Below, piece by piece: positions 11,858 to 25,229 of a DNA stretch of 64,000 nt. The stretch's first letter is position 1, and each line of letters opens with the position of its first letter. This DNA comes from Octopus bimaculoides (Eukaryota). The stretch spans positions 21,390,266 through 21,454,265 of the forward strand of contig NC_068985.1 of NCBI RefSeq assembly GCF_001194135.2, read 5' to 3'. The position numbers were made by a program, and so were the translations under genes. The notes beneath the pieces are model-generated. The model made no database searches. It saw only the letters and a program-made list of their open reading frames with translations, and had not been told where the DNA came from.

Positions 11858-14800
11858 AATATTCTTTTTGTCAGTATGCACTGAAGCAAATAGAAATAGT
11901 TTTTCATGTTGAACTTGTGTATGGAGAAGGGATAAAGAGAAAGTTTAGTTCACTGTGATAAATTTCAGGTTCATTCATATACATTACATATAAGCAATTA
12001 TTGAAACTTTCTTATCCCTTTTCTCTTTCTCAAGTACGTATGTGTTTGATTCTTTGTGGGGATTAGTGGTGTACTTACTTTAAAATCCTAATTGTACTGA
12101 TTCCTTTTCTCACAAAATAGATGAAGTTCCTTTATTAATTATTATCTGATTTTAGTTAGATCCCATTCTAAAATCTATCAAATTTGAAAATATATCTTTG
12201 CCTTCATTATCATTTCTTGGAATTTCTTATATTTCATCAAAACTTTTTTTTTAAATCTTCAATATTTATTTGTTAGTTTTGAATAGTTAATCACTATTTT
12301 TTAATTGAGTTACAAACACAAATGCTCAATAACATAGACAGAAGATCCATTTTAAACATGGCTTAACTGGATGCTATCATTCATCCACAATGATTTTTAA
12401 CAGTGATAAACAGAATGTGTCTGATTGATGAAATGCACCCCTCAAAGATGATAAAAGGAAAACAATTGCTCTTACATTTTCCGAACTCTAACTGGATTTT
12501 CAAACATGGTTTCCATACTAAATGTGTCATATATACACATTTCTGTTGTCTACTTGCACTGTAATATATATATACATACATACACATGTATGTAACTGTG
12601 TGTGTGCGCATATATATATATATATATATAATATTCATCTCTGCTTAAATCTGTGCCCAAGCATTTTGGTCAGTTTTTCTCCAAGACCAAAATGCTGTAT
12701 ATATTTATTTACTTACAAGATGTTAAGCTCTAAAATATTTTATTGTTGTTTAGTGATGAAATTGGGTTTCTGGGGGCTTTCAGTCAATGCAAATATCTGA
12801 GAAGATTCAATTTTGAATTTTGAATTTTTTCTAATTTGATTGAAATGTAAGATGAAAAGCTTCTGTGAGCAGACCAGAACAAAACATTGCTGTTTATTGT
12901 CCCTGCAAATGTTGCCTTCAGCCTTTTGCTCTGTAACCTTCTTCAATGCACAATGGCAGTAAATACAAATTTTAAACCAAGCTTTCTTGATATAAATATA
13001 CTCTCAGCCCTCTACCCAAAATAATAACCAATTATAGTTTTTCATTTATCTATACATATCTGATTACATCATTATTTTCATAGGATTTCTTGTTTTGCTC
13101 TAATAATTATAATTTAAGTAAGCAGAATATTTGAGGTTTCTGATTAGAAAGTTGTTTGAGGTTTATAAAACCCAAAATTACTTCATCATCATTCATATTT
13201 ATTTGTTTAAATTTAAACACAACAAAATGGTTTTGATAGCAAGATGTTAGGTTTAGTTACATAATACCTACAACTCTATCAACAAAAACCAAGTCAATGA
13301 TATTAACTCTCTGATGATAATAACAACTATTCAAAACTCATCTCATTAAACCATGTTCAGAGTGTTGGAATCTAATATGCCCTCACAAGAATGAATTTCT
13401 TGACTATTTCAAACAATGTTTCCATTGTATTTTTCAGGGGTTATAAACTCAGTGCCTCAGTAATTCATTTCACCTCACTGTAAAGGTAGACTTAGTATAT
13501 CCTTAAATCTAATCCTAACTTTCCTTGTGCTGCCTCACAAGCATCTTTTAACTATGTAACTAATTTGAAGATTAATTAAATTTTTTTTTTATTTATTATT
13601 TCATATTCTTTATATTCCATTGGAAGGTTCAAAGAACAATGGCTATTCCCTTGTGGTAGATATCTATCACAATTTTCTCTGTAAAATCTGAAGCAAGTTA
13701 TCTTTGAATTAAAGAAAACTGTATATTCACAAAATTGTTGAACTTCAAAGACAAAATCTTGTTGTTGTTTTATTTCTTTAACCTTTTTATGACAATATTT
13801 CTGTTGAAATGTACTGTTTTCGTTTCATTTGATGTGGAAAATAATGAAGAATTTAGTAAAATAACTTTGTTGTTATGAATCTGGTGTCTGGAACATAAAT
13901 TAGCAAGTAAGTTTGATGGACAATTTTGATTTAGATCACTCCAAAACAAGTTTGTATTCTAGAATCAGAGCTGACTTCAATTTGCATTGGTATTAAACAG
14001 GTTAATTATTTATTTTTATTCAATCAAAACCATTTTTCTCAGCTTTACTCAATCACTCACACCCTCTCTTCTAAAATGCAAGTAGTCATGTAGCTCCTCT
14101 ACAACAAGAAACCAGTTCTTCTTTAACCCCTCATCTCCTAGCATAAAGCCCCATCTTTTAGGATTTGTAGTCTTACAAGCTGCATGACAACCTCTCTAGT
14201 GCTGGTGCACAAAAAATACCCACTACATGCTGTAAAATGGTTGAGATTAGGATGGGCATCCAATGATAGGAATGATGTAAATGTAGACTCTAGAGCAGGC
14301 TCAAATTACATTGCAGACCAGTTTTTTGCCACTTATAAATTTTAAATTTATTTTGAAACAAATATTTTCACAAACAATTTTATTTTGAAACTGTGCAATT
14401 AGAACTATTTATTGACAGAAATACAAAACTGCTGCTGTGAATATTATTAGGGTGTGCTCGCACTTTTCTCTTTATTATTATTATTATTATCATTATCATC
14501 ATCATCATCATCATTTAGTGTCTGTTTTCTATGCTGGCAGGGGTTAGACAATTTGACTGGAACTGTTAAGCCAGAGAACAGCACCATGCTCCAGTCTGTT
14601 TCGGCTTGGTTTCTATGGCTGGATACCATTCCTAATGCTAACCCATGCACAAAGTGTACCAGGTGCCTTTTATTTGTCACTGGCACTGGCCACAACTATG
14701 ATTTCACTTAGCTTGACATGTCTGCTGATGCACAGCAAATCAACAAAAGTCTCGGTTACTTGTCATCACCTCCATGAAACTCAATACCTGAAGATCATAT

Positions 14801-16259
14801 TTCTCAGCATATATGAGTGGTTTTAAATTTTGCAACAATTGTTTCACTGAGAAACTTTATCTAATGTAAGCATAATACAGTATTATGGATTATGTCATGC
14901 ATTATATCATTTCTCATGCTCATCAGGCATTAGTTAAAATAGAGTTAGACAAAGACTTACAAAGTAATCCATTGATTACCAAGGTAAGTGTATTAAGAAA
15001 GTGACAATCAAAAACTGACTAAACAAGGAGGAGAAGGAAATATAATTTATGATTACAGATCTAAGATAAAAGAAATAATAATTGGTTTCTTGCAGACAAT
15101 TGGCACCTAGAAATGCATTAACACCCATTGGCTTATACAGAATAGGTATTTATAGTGGCTTAAAAGGAACTATTTTCCAGTTATTTATTTATTTATTTCT
15201 GTTATACCAATATATGTATGTGCACACACATATATACACACATACATGAAGATATATATACAAACACACATATATCTACACACACATGTAGACAATGTAT
15301 GTGTATGTATATATATACTGTATTTTAATGTGTATGAGGAACCTCATCCCATGTCTTCTTGGGTCTGGGAAGCATGACCTTTGAACGTTGGGCTTCACAG
15401 AGGCAATGACATCAGACCGAGACCTCTGGAGATATGCTGTGACTGTGAAGACCCAGCAAATAAAGTGAGTTCATGGCTGTATCCTACACCAGTTTCGCAT
15501 AACCAGTCCCAGCCCATTCAAAAATACCTTGGATTGTAGGGCGACATGCTGTGCTTGAGGAGACCTATTGAGTCAAGTACATCAACATCAAATGGAAATT
15601 GCAGTTATGATCCCTGTGCCTGTGGCACGTAAAAAGCACTATCTGAACGTGGCCAATACCAGCACTGCCTTGACTGGCATCCATACTGGTGGCACATAAA
15701 AAGCACCAACCAATCGTGGTATAAGATTAGCAAATATAAATACCCTAAATAGTAAAATTAATATACCTGATAGTAAATACTTAATATCTAATTATTGATT
15801 AATATAATGTGGCTTAATGGGAGAGCATAGTACAATAAAAAGGTATATATTCAGTAATTAGATGTGAATAATGCAGTTATGAAGATTTCCAATATTTGAA
15901 TAATAGCCAAATGTTTTATATTAAGCTATATTGTTTATTACCTATATGAGCTACAGTACAGCCTGAGTAATGAGTAATTGGATTAATTCTAGTCACTATG
16001 GTAATAATAGATTACCTAATCTATTACAGATGAAACAAGAACTTAATTATCAAATATAAATATTCATGATGTAAGAATCTAAATAGGGTACAATACCCAG
16101 AATTAAACTGGACCAAGGGTTTGAAATACAAAAATGTGCTACTAGAGCAATGTGGGCATTTTATTTCAAGTTCATTTGATTTGTCAAGAACCTCGCCCAA
16201 ACATTGTAGGATTTCGCACAATTCCATGCAGCATAGGTTACACCCATACCTGTCATTGA

Positions 16260-16813
16260 ATCCTATATACTTCAGCAATGTAACTACATATGCTTGGGAA
16301 GATCTTTGAACACCCTTTTTGATCTTGGAATTTCAATTAAAGGAATTGGAAGGCTAGAAATTGGTGCTGATGAAGTCGTAGGAATTCTCCAACAACCACT
16401 TCTGGCTTTGGTGGAAGCCAAATCTTATTGTCACATATATGGCCTTCCAGCAGCAACCCTCTCCAGCTAGATTTTGACCAAAGTCTCCAGCACCTTCATA
16501 TAGCTGTCTGAATCGAACCTAAGACTCTGTTCAAAAATGTCATGTGACTTGGCATCACCCTCACTGGAAACATACCCAAAGATCATCACAGTTTAGGGGG
16601 AACTTGGTTTTCATGTTATGGAAACATCACATGGATTGTAGGTAAGCTACCTGTTGTTCTGGATGTTGTGCAACTGGTCCTAGCAGAAGTTCTTTTCATC
16701 CTAAAGAAACCAGATCGTCCCTGGCTCAACAGGATGTCTCACTTGTTCAGGAGCTTCTTGACCTTTGTCAAGTGGTTCTCCTTGGCTTTGGCTGTCAGAA
16801 TTTGTTTCCTGCA

Positions 16814-16825
<12 letters not shown>
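16260..16825 (-). mobile_element. Decayed maT/DD37D-like Tc1-mariner transposase
   Basis: Stop-riddled translation DEKNFC..HNIQNNR..PQTVMIFGYVSSEGD..FEQSLRFDSDSYMKVLETLVK..LERVAAGRPY..WLLENSYDFISTNF*PSNS; cut off by the N gap. Confidence 0.75.
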
Positions 16826-16849
<24 letters not shown>

Positions 16850-17441
16850 NNNNNNNNNNNNNNNNNNNNNNNNNNNNNNNNNNNNNNNNNNNNNNNNNNN
16901 NNNNNNNNNNNNNNNNNNNNNNNNNNNNNNNNNNNNNNNNNNNNNNNNNNNNNNNNNNNNNNNNNNNNNNNNNNNNNNNNNNNNNNNNNNNNNNNNNNNN
17001 NNNNNNNNNNNNNNNNNNNNNNNNNNNNNNNNNNNNNNNNNNNNNNNNNNNNNNNNNNNNNNNNNNNNNNNNNNNNNNNNNNNNNNNNNNNNNNNNNNNN
17101 NNNNNNNNNNNNNNNNNNNNNNNNNNNNNNNNNNNNNNNNNNNNNNNNNNNNNNNNNNNNNNNNNNNNNNNNNNNNNNNNNNNNNNNNNNNNNNNNNNNN
17201 NNNNNNNNNNNNNNNNNNNNNNNNNNNNNNNNNNNNNNNNNNNNNNNNNNNNNNNNNNNNNNNNNNNNNNNNNNNNNNNNNNNNNNNNNNNNNNNNNNNN
17301 NNNNNNNNNNNNNNNNNNNNNNNNNNNNNNNNNNNNNNNNNNNNNNNNNNNNNNNNNNNNNNNNNNNNNNNNNNNNNNNNNNNNNNNNNNNNNNNNNNNN
17401 NNNNNNNNNNNNNNNNNNNNNNNNNNNNNNNNNNNNNNNNN
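16850..17441. other. Assembly gap (N)
   Basis: N run. Others at 10722-10731, 18848-18863, 27115-28094, 31921-32241. Confidence 0.99.
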
Positions 17442-18114
17442 TAGAGAAGTAAAAGCTAAAAATATTTGTTGGATGAATTTCAGGATACGGACACAGCCAG
17501 AATGCCTACTGTATCCCTTCCTGCTGGCCACAGTTTCTTAGTTTCCATTGCACCATCCTAGTTAACCACAGATGTCCCTAAAGGCTTATCCCCATCTCCA
17601 ACTATTCTACCGATCATGCTTTCTCTGCAGAAAAAAATAAAATTTAATTCAAATGGAAAAAAAAAATCATTTTTTTTTTTTTTTAAATTTCTGCAGAGTT
17701 AATGTAATAGGATTTTATAATCAAAAGACTTGGAAAAAATTTGCTAAGAAGAGTTTAGTATTCAATCAAGAAAGATGACAGATGAATGCAGTAAATTTAA
17801 GAGATGTTTAATATGCGTATTATTGCATAATTACACTATTTATGGCATCAAAGGAAATAGATGTAACATACACTAAAAATCTTTCCATGTGGGTTGAACA
17901 AACAGCACGAGATTGTATATAGCTATTATTCATTAACTTTAAAAAGGTTAAAATTAAGGCTAAACAAACTACTTTTTAACACCTCTTTCAACAACAAATA
18001 TCTAGTAAATTTCACCAGGACACACCAGATAATGCATGTTTGTTTTCCTGAAACAAATCCACTAGTTTTTTTTTTAAATGTATATATGAGTCACTGGTTT
18101 TATTCCATAGACAT

Positions 18115-18847
18115 TGGTGCCTAATTTCAGAAGGAGGGTGTGTTGCTACAGAGAATAGACATTTAAAAAGGAAACAGCAAATATACAGTGAAGACCACCA
18201 TATTTCCTCCATATAAATCTCACTGTGATCCTCAGTATGAAATCATGAAATTAATATGTTGAAGAAAAAAAACATATTTGAAAGGAATGTGTTTTGAAGC
18301 AGAAATAAAAGGTTATTAAAAATCCAATTCCTTGAATAATTACCAAATATTGGTTTCAAATTTTGGCACAAGGCCAACAATTTCGGGGGAGGAGGTAAGT
18401 CAATTACATCAACCCCAGTATTCAACTGGTACTTATTTTATCCACACCAAAAGGATGAAAGGCAAAGTTTGTCTCAGCAACATTCAAATGGTGCCTAATT
18501 TCAGAAGGAGGGTGTGTTGCTACAGAGAATAGACATTTAAAAAGGAAGCAGCAAATATACAGTGAAGACTACCATATTTCCTCCATATAAATCTCAGTGA
18601 TCCTCAGTATGAAATCATGAAATTAATATGTTGAAGAAAAAAACCATATTTGAAAGAAATGTGTTTTGAAGCAGAAATAAAATGTTATTAAAAATCCAAT
18701 TCCTTGAATAATTACCAAATATTGGTTTCAAATTTTGGCACAAGGCCAACAATTTCGGGGGAGGAAGTAAGTCAATTACATCAACCCTAGTATTCAACTG
18801 GTACTTATTTTATCCACACCAAAAGGATGAAAGGCAAAGTTTGTCTC
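18115..18847. repeat. 374-bp near-identical tandem duplication next to an N gap
   Basis: Units start at 18115 and 18489; a partial third copy follows the 18848-18863 gap. Confidence 0.9.
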
Positions 18848-19894
18848 NNNNNNNNNNNNNNNNACCCCAGTATTCAACTGGTACTTATTTTATCCACACC
18901 AAAAGGATGAAAGGCAAAGTTTGTCTCAGCGACATTCAAACTCAAAGCATAAAAAGAAGCGAAATGCCACTAAGCATTTTGCCTAGTATGCAGACAATTC
19001 TGTCAGCTCGTTGCCTTATAATTAGTAAATATTCTTTTCTACTCTAGGCACGAGGCCTGGAATTTGAGGGGAGGGGGGAAGTCGATTAGATGAATCCCAG
19101 TACGCACCTGGTACTTAATTTATCAACCCTGATAGGATGAATGGCAAAGTTGACCTCTTCTTTCAGTCAGTTCCCATCTACCAAATCCATCCAGAAGGTT
19201 TTGTTGAGCCTGGGGCTATAGTAGAAGATACTTACTCATGGTACCACATAATCGGATTGAACCAGTGACTATATGGTTAGAAAACATGCTTCTTAACTAC
19301 ACATTACTTAAATGCTTACAACAAGAGGGGCCCCAGGAAAGAGATTTATACGTCAAATGATATTGAACAAGACAACAAATTAAGACTACCACACACATCT
19401 TCCAAAAATTGGACTGTAGCTGAAACCCTTTGTCTTCATATTTGTATCAAATTCCTTTGATGAATATATTAGATTACAGCATCTCTACTTTGCAGTGTGG
19501 AAGCACAATAACAATTACATCACTTGAACATTTTCATCACTTGAAACTGCATCTAAAACTTTTCGGTTATATCACAATATATATATAGCTTGGGATGTTT
19601 TCTTTGGTGTGATAGAAAAGATAAAACAGTGAAAAGTTGCTTGTTTTGCATATTTTTGGTGGTTGAATTCTAAGAAAAACAATTGTAGCTCACTCCAGTG
19701 TGGTTTGAAGGAGATTTGATTGTTATTGTGAAACTGATTTTAGATAGATTGTCTTACTAGATTCAATGTTGCTGAAGGTTTTGTCTTACTGGACTCAAAT
19801 ACATGCAAGATGATCAACTTTCTTGTAAGAGGTTAGATGAACTTATTCTAAACTTCTTTTGTACCAAACAAAAAAAAAGGTCATTCAAATGAGG

Positions 19895-20300
19895 TACATA
19901 CATGACAAGAAATTTGCAACCAAGCCATGTAGTTTGGGGTTCAGTTCCACTGCATGGTACCTTGGACAAGTGTCTTCTATAGTCACAGGCTTACCAAAAA
20001 CTTGTGAGAGATTTGGTTGATAGAAACTGTGTCGAAGGTGGCAAGCTGTCAGAAATGTTAGCACGCCGGGCGAAATGCTTAGCGGTATTTCATCTGCCAC
20101 TACGTTCTGAGTTCAAATTCCGCCGAGGTTGACTTTGCCTTTCATCCTTTCGGGGTCAATAAATTAAGTACCAGTTACGCACTGGGGTCAATGTAATCGA
20201 CTTAATCCCTTGTTTAGCCCCTTGTGGGCAGTAAAGAAATAAGAAACTGTGTGGAAGATAGTTGTGTACATGTATACACAGACACACACACATGTATGTA
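19895..20300 (+). mobile_element. SINE family A copy carrying a nested family B SINE (20033-20241)
   Basis: 11-bp target-site duplication AGAAACTGTGT at 20022-20032 and 20242-20252 flanks the family B insert. Confidence 0.8.
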
Positions 20301-20759
20301 TATATGCAAGATTGCATTTGTGTTAATATTTCCCTGTTTTGGTATCATGTAAAAGCTGTGTAGTGGGTTTCACTGTCAAACAAGTGGTATTATCCATTTC
20401 CAATCCTCCATGGAAACATATCCAATCACGAGGAAATATTACCTTACTGGGAAAATGGTCAGAGTTGGTAACTGGAAAGGTATTCCACCACAGAAAATGT
20501 GCCTCAATAAATTCCATTAGCCTCATGCAAGCATAGAGAAGTAAAAGCTAAAAATGATGATAATGACAACTCCCAGAAGTTACTCTTTATTAAAAATATA
20601 ATATTATAATTCAAATAGCTGTCAATTTGCCCAGGGCATTGAGATAGCAGAATTGTTAAGGGTATCAGACAAAATGCCTTGCAATATTTAATAAGAAAAT
20701 TATTGTGTATAGTGCTCAGGTACACAACAGCTTATCAAAACATGCATGTACAGTACACA

Positions 20760-20975
20760 GAATTATGTACAAAAGTCAGGAAAGTAAACAATGTATTAGT
20801 CAGGAGAGTGAACAGTGTGCATACATATGGAGGTGGGGATATCAGGTGTAGTGTTGGCGAATTTCAGGAAGCATGGAGGTTTTTGAAGAATGCAATGTCT
20901 CGGCAACTAACAACTGATGCAAGTAGTTTGCTCCATGTTTCAGCAACTATAAGTGTGAAAAAATGTTTCCATTCT
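20760..20975 (-). mobile_element. CR1/L2-like LINE 3' end fragment
   Basis: Minus strand resembles the LINE ORF2 tail pattern FF.LRVAEAWN.LP.SVV. Confidence 0.6.
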
Positions 20976-23900
20976 GACTCAATGCATTCAGAGTTCAAAC
21001 TCTGTGAAGGTCAACTTTATCTTTTATCCCTCTCATTTTGATAAAATAAACTACCAAACAACAAAATTGCTGGCCTTGTGCTTAAATAAAATAGAAACAG
21101 TTACTCAGACCTTAAGTCAATCTTATGGTAAAACTATAATCAAAGACATTCCAGTTGTGATCATCCTGACTTTTTATATACCAAGGACTACATTGTCTAA
21201 TGTGTCCTTCAGTTTTTAGACTGTACATTATGATTTGAAGGAGGTTTGGTTGTTATTTCTTGAATAGATGTCAGTGACCATGTTCATAAGTTAAATAGAT
21301 TATTTAGAATATAAACTGTCTCAATTAGTAATTAATAATGTCATAATTAACTCAGTATAATTAATTCCAGTTATGTTATTTTTCCTTTTTTATCATCTTC
21401 TATTTAAATTATTTTCACTTTTAAATATTCTGTATTTGTTTTTCCAGCAAGTTCAGAATTGCTGAACCATATTTTATCCTTTTTAATAATAGATCATGTA
21501 AATGACATTAATCTAAAAAGCTATCAGATAATTTGCTGCAGTTGGACATGGTTATTTTCTAGACTGGCTATGGTGGCTTCAGTCCGTAGATATATTGATT
21601 TAGAGCAATATGAATAAGTTTAATGATTGAAAATACAACCCATAAATCTGAGTTCTTTCATATTTTTAACACCTTTCCAAAAGATGTTTCAAATATAGAT
21701 GAAATCAAGCATTGTAATCAGGTTCAAAATTTAGGTTATTTGGAAAATAATTAAAATAAAGCTAGTCAAGTGTTTACATGTTTGGAAAACAAAGAAGAAT
21801 GTAATAATTATTGCAAGCAACAATCTTTTTCTTTTTTCTTTTTTCCTCACTAACACAGCTAGTATTTGGAAGGTGACAAAATATTGACCAAAGCAGTAAT
21901 TGTTTTTCTTTTTTCTTTTCCTTCCATTTCAGAACTCAGTCTCTGAAAATATATGAAATAAGCAACTTTCAGATATTTTATCTTTGCTATTATGCCAAAG
22001 TAGATAAGCTGTATGCTAAAATATTTCCCAAAGGAATTAGATACAAATATGAAAAGAGAAAGGTTTTCAGCTAAGAATCAAACCCAAACATTTTAAACAG
22101 AGAGTCTGGTGGAATCAAGACCTTAAAGTAGAGATTGTATGTTTGTGTGGTGTTGATACTTTACACAAGGGCATTAATCAAGTCACTCCAAATTAATCAA
22201 AACTAGCAATTAAAACAGTTATGTAACTGATGCAGTGGAAGCATACCACATATAGCTGCTATATCAACAGCTGATCTGTGTGCCTGTCCATGTTTACTTA
22301 TTAGACAAAAATACAGCAGTAATAAAAGCAGTGTTCATTTACATAGTGCTCTAGTACTTTGTTCATGTCTCTCACAAAATACTTTACTAAAATAATTAAT
22401 AAATATGTTGCATGTAAACAAATGAATTCATATTTAATGGGTGGGGTAACTCAAATTTTTAAGTGTATATTTAAGATAATATTTTTCTTGGCATAAGGCT
22501 TTGAATTTTGGGGACGTTCCTGGCATATTTATTTTATTGACCTACACCCTCCAACAATCCACCCAGAAGGATGAAAAGCAAAGTTGATTCGGGTAAGATT
22601 TAAAATCAGAACATTAAGAGGTGTAACTAACTATCACGAGGCATATTGCTTGTTGCTCTACCAATTCTCCCAATTTATTTAAAATAACATTGCTATGATC
22701 TGAACATCTAAATAGATCTTGGGCAAGTGTCTTCTACTATAGCCCACGGCTGGTCAAAGCTTTGTGAGTGTACTTGGTCGATGGAAACTGAAAGAAGTCC
22801 ATCATGTATGCACACATGTACATGTGTGTGTATGTGTGTGTGCTTGTGTCTCTTTGTCTTCACATTGTGTGGTGGTTGTACTTGAGCATCATTGTCATAC
22901 AAGCAGTATCATTTGTTTCCAGTCTTCCGCATGACCAAGGGAAAATATTACCTTATTTGGAAATGGGTGAGGATTGGCAACAGGAAAAGTATCTGGTTTC
23001 AGAAAGTCTGCCTCAACAAATTGCGTTTGACCCATGCAAGCATGGAAAAGTAGATGTTAAAAAAACTCCAAGAACAATAACTTCATTAAGATGAAAATAA
23101 AAGCATGTAGCATGCTTTTCTTGTTAATATGACTAATGTAAGTGAAGCAACTTCAACTATGAATTGAAAACAATGTTCCAGATTTTTAAAACAAAAGGCT
23201 AAAGATCCTTTCCAAGTCATACAGACTGATAGGACTGGTTTCTTGGTTTCCATGGTGCATATATTTTCCACTGGACAGGATGCCAGTCTGTCATAGGATT
23301 ACTCATTTTTGCCAGCTGAGTGGAATGGAGTAATTGTGAAATGAAGTGTTTTGCTCAAGAACACAACACATCACCTCATCCAGGATCAAAACCACAGTCC
23401 TACAATCATGATTCCAACACCCTAACCATCAAGCCATGCATCTCCATGTTCCAGATTTAAGCATCTTTATATTATGAATTAAATGTCAAACTAAGAAAAT
23501 AATAAGCATATTATAACCCAAAGAAAATTTATTCAATTTTAAACTGCTATAATATGTTGTTTTTTTTTACAAAGATCCCAAATTCATAAAGAAATAGACT
23601 AACCAACTGACGTGACTCCAGTAATATAACCAAAAGATATTTAACCAACCCAAAGGAGGAGTCTACACTGTTGTTTAACTAAGCATAAAGTAATAAGCAA
23701 AACTAAATAGTGCAAAGACATTTAGACCAGTGATCAAAATGTTTCTGTTAGCATACCAACACAGAAGCCAGGAGAACATAAAAAGAGTTCAGTTTACAGT
23801 TTCAGCTGCAGCAGTAAAAAGAAATTCAATTAACATTCCTGAAGTGTTTTAAGGAGTAACAAATATTCAGTTTCTTTGTTACATTCTCCAACTCTTGAAT

Positions 23901-24039
23901 ATAATGAGTTATTCATCAGATTCCATGAAAGAAATTTTCAAAAATATTCCTTCAAGCCACAGTTTGCTGAAATTGTTTGCCAATCATTGTACAACTCTAC
24001 TTCAGCATTTTATAAAGAAGTACAAATGCATACACACGC

Positions 24040-24079
<40 letters not shown>

Positions 24080-24970
24080 TACAACTGAATAAAGGGAAAT
24101 AATTCAAGTAGACCAGTGACAAAAATATAGATAATAATTCAAATAAGTACTGTACTGAAAAATGTTTGCATATAATTCTTGAATTAAATTTTGCTTCTTA
24201 ACTGGAGAAAAACCAAATCATAATAGCAAAAAATTGGAATTAATTTACAAAATTTAGTTTTCATGTAAATCAATAAGTAGCCATAGGTTAACTCTCAATA
24301 TAGATTTTTACATATGGAAAAGTTGTTACAAATAGTTTTGACGAATAGTAATTTGCTTAATTAAAAAAAAAAAAAAAAAAACTACAAACTAAGAGCTAAA
24401 AACATAACTGAAACTAATTTATGTAGGTGTTGCTACTGTCTGATGAATAACAAAAATTTTGTTTTTTTTTGGTTTCCTTCTTTCTTATATCAGTCAGTAC
24501 ATCACTTACAAGCTTTCTGAACTATAATAAATCCATGCCATTGCCATGACTGTATTTTCTTTACCTCACAATTTGTATTTATGCAAGTTAGTACTGGCCA
24601 AAACTGTTCCTCTTTTCTTTGTTTCTACAAGCAAAAATCTATTTTCACCAAACAAAGAAAGTTAGACAAGACTGTCGCTAATAAGGTCAAATAAGGCCAA
24701 GACATGTCCAGTGCTGTTATCTTGCCTGGTAAAGATCTTGATTTTTTTTCTCCAAAACATGGCTATTTAATTTTCTGTAAAATCAACTCATAACTTCTTC
24801 AAATTCTCTCCTTTTCTCTGAGAGTCACTAACAAGTGTCACTAGTTCTTCATTGTTGTTTTTCTCCCATTTCAGAGGGAAATAAACTCTCTGAGATTTTT
24901 TGCATATGACATCCAGTTCATTGCCTCGCATCTGATTGCTATGTATATGTATATATCTAAATCAAAAAAG

Positions 24971-24972
<2 letters not shown>

Positions 24973-25013
<41 letters not shown>

Positions 25014-25130
25014 GTGGACCAGGAATGAAATTTGCTTTGGAGGTGCAAACTCAGGTCCAAATTTTTTACAAACTAAGCTGATTTTTTTCAATTTTAATAT
25101 CAAAACATACACAGGAATAATAATAATAAC

Positions 25131-25177
<47 letters not shown>

Positions 25178-25180
25178 TAA
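24973..25180. repeat. (GT)n and (AAT)n microsatellites
   Basis: Direct reading. Other arrays at ~11806-11851, 24020-24076, 27038-27114, 35826-35866, 36545-36570, 44865-44893, 56848-56900. Confidence 0.95.
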
Positions 25181-25229
25181 TATTTTGCATTATCATATAT
25201 GGAAAAGTAGTGCTTCAAATCATTCCAAA

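Larger units (their letters stand above)
18035..24290 (-). pseudogene. Decayed duplicate of CKAP5 terminal exon / 3'UTR
   Basis: Colinear same-orientation blocks: 18035-18350 ~ 40788-41090; 23792-23886 ~ 43349-43444; 23963-23998 ~ 43598-43641; 24083-24110 ~ 43665-43690; 24222-24297 ~ 43862-44038. By-eye alignment. Confidence 0.6.

Noticed and set aside
17442-17463. 22-nt identity with 20534-20555
   Set aside because: Matches the tail of the family D SINE-like repeat next to a gap.
16668-17541. Long ORFs of 226-276 aa in the track
   Set aside because: They are open only because they span the N gap; the same applies to 26988-28187 and largely to 31700-32529.
24470-24620. Possible duplicate of the CKAP5 penultimate exon (KLVSDVLTDIRKKETK versus KLSDASNTINQALEEETK)
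   Set aside because: Similarity is too weak and the spacing (~0.24 kb versus 3.2 kb) does not fit.
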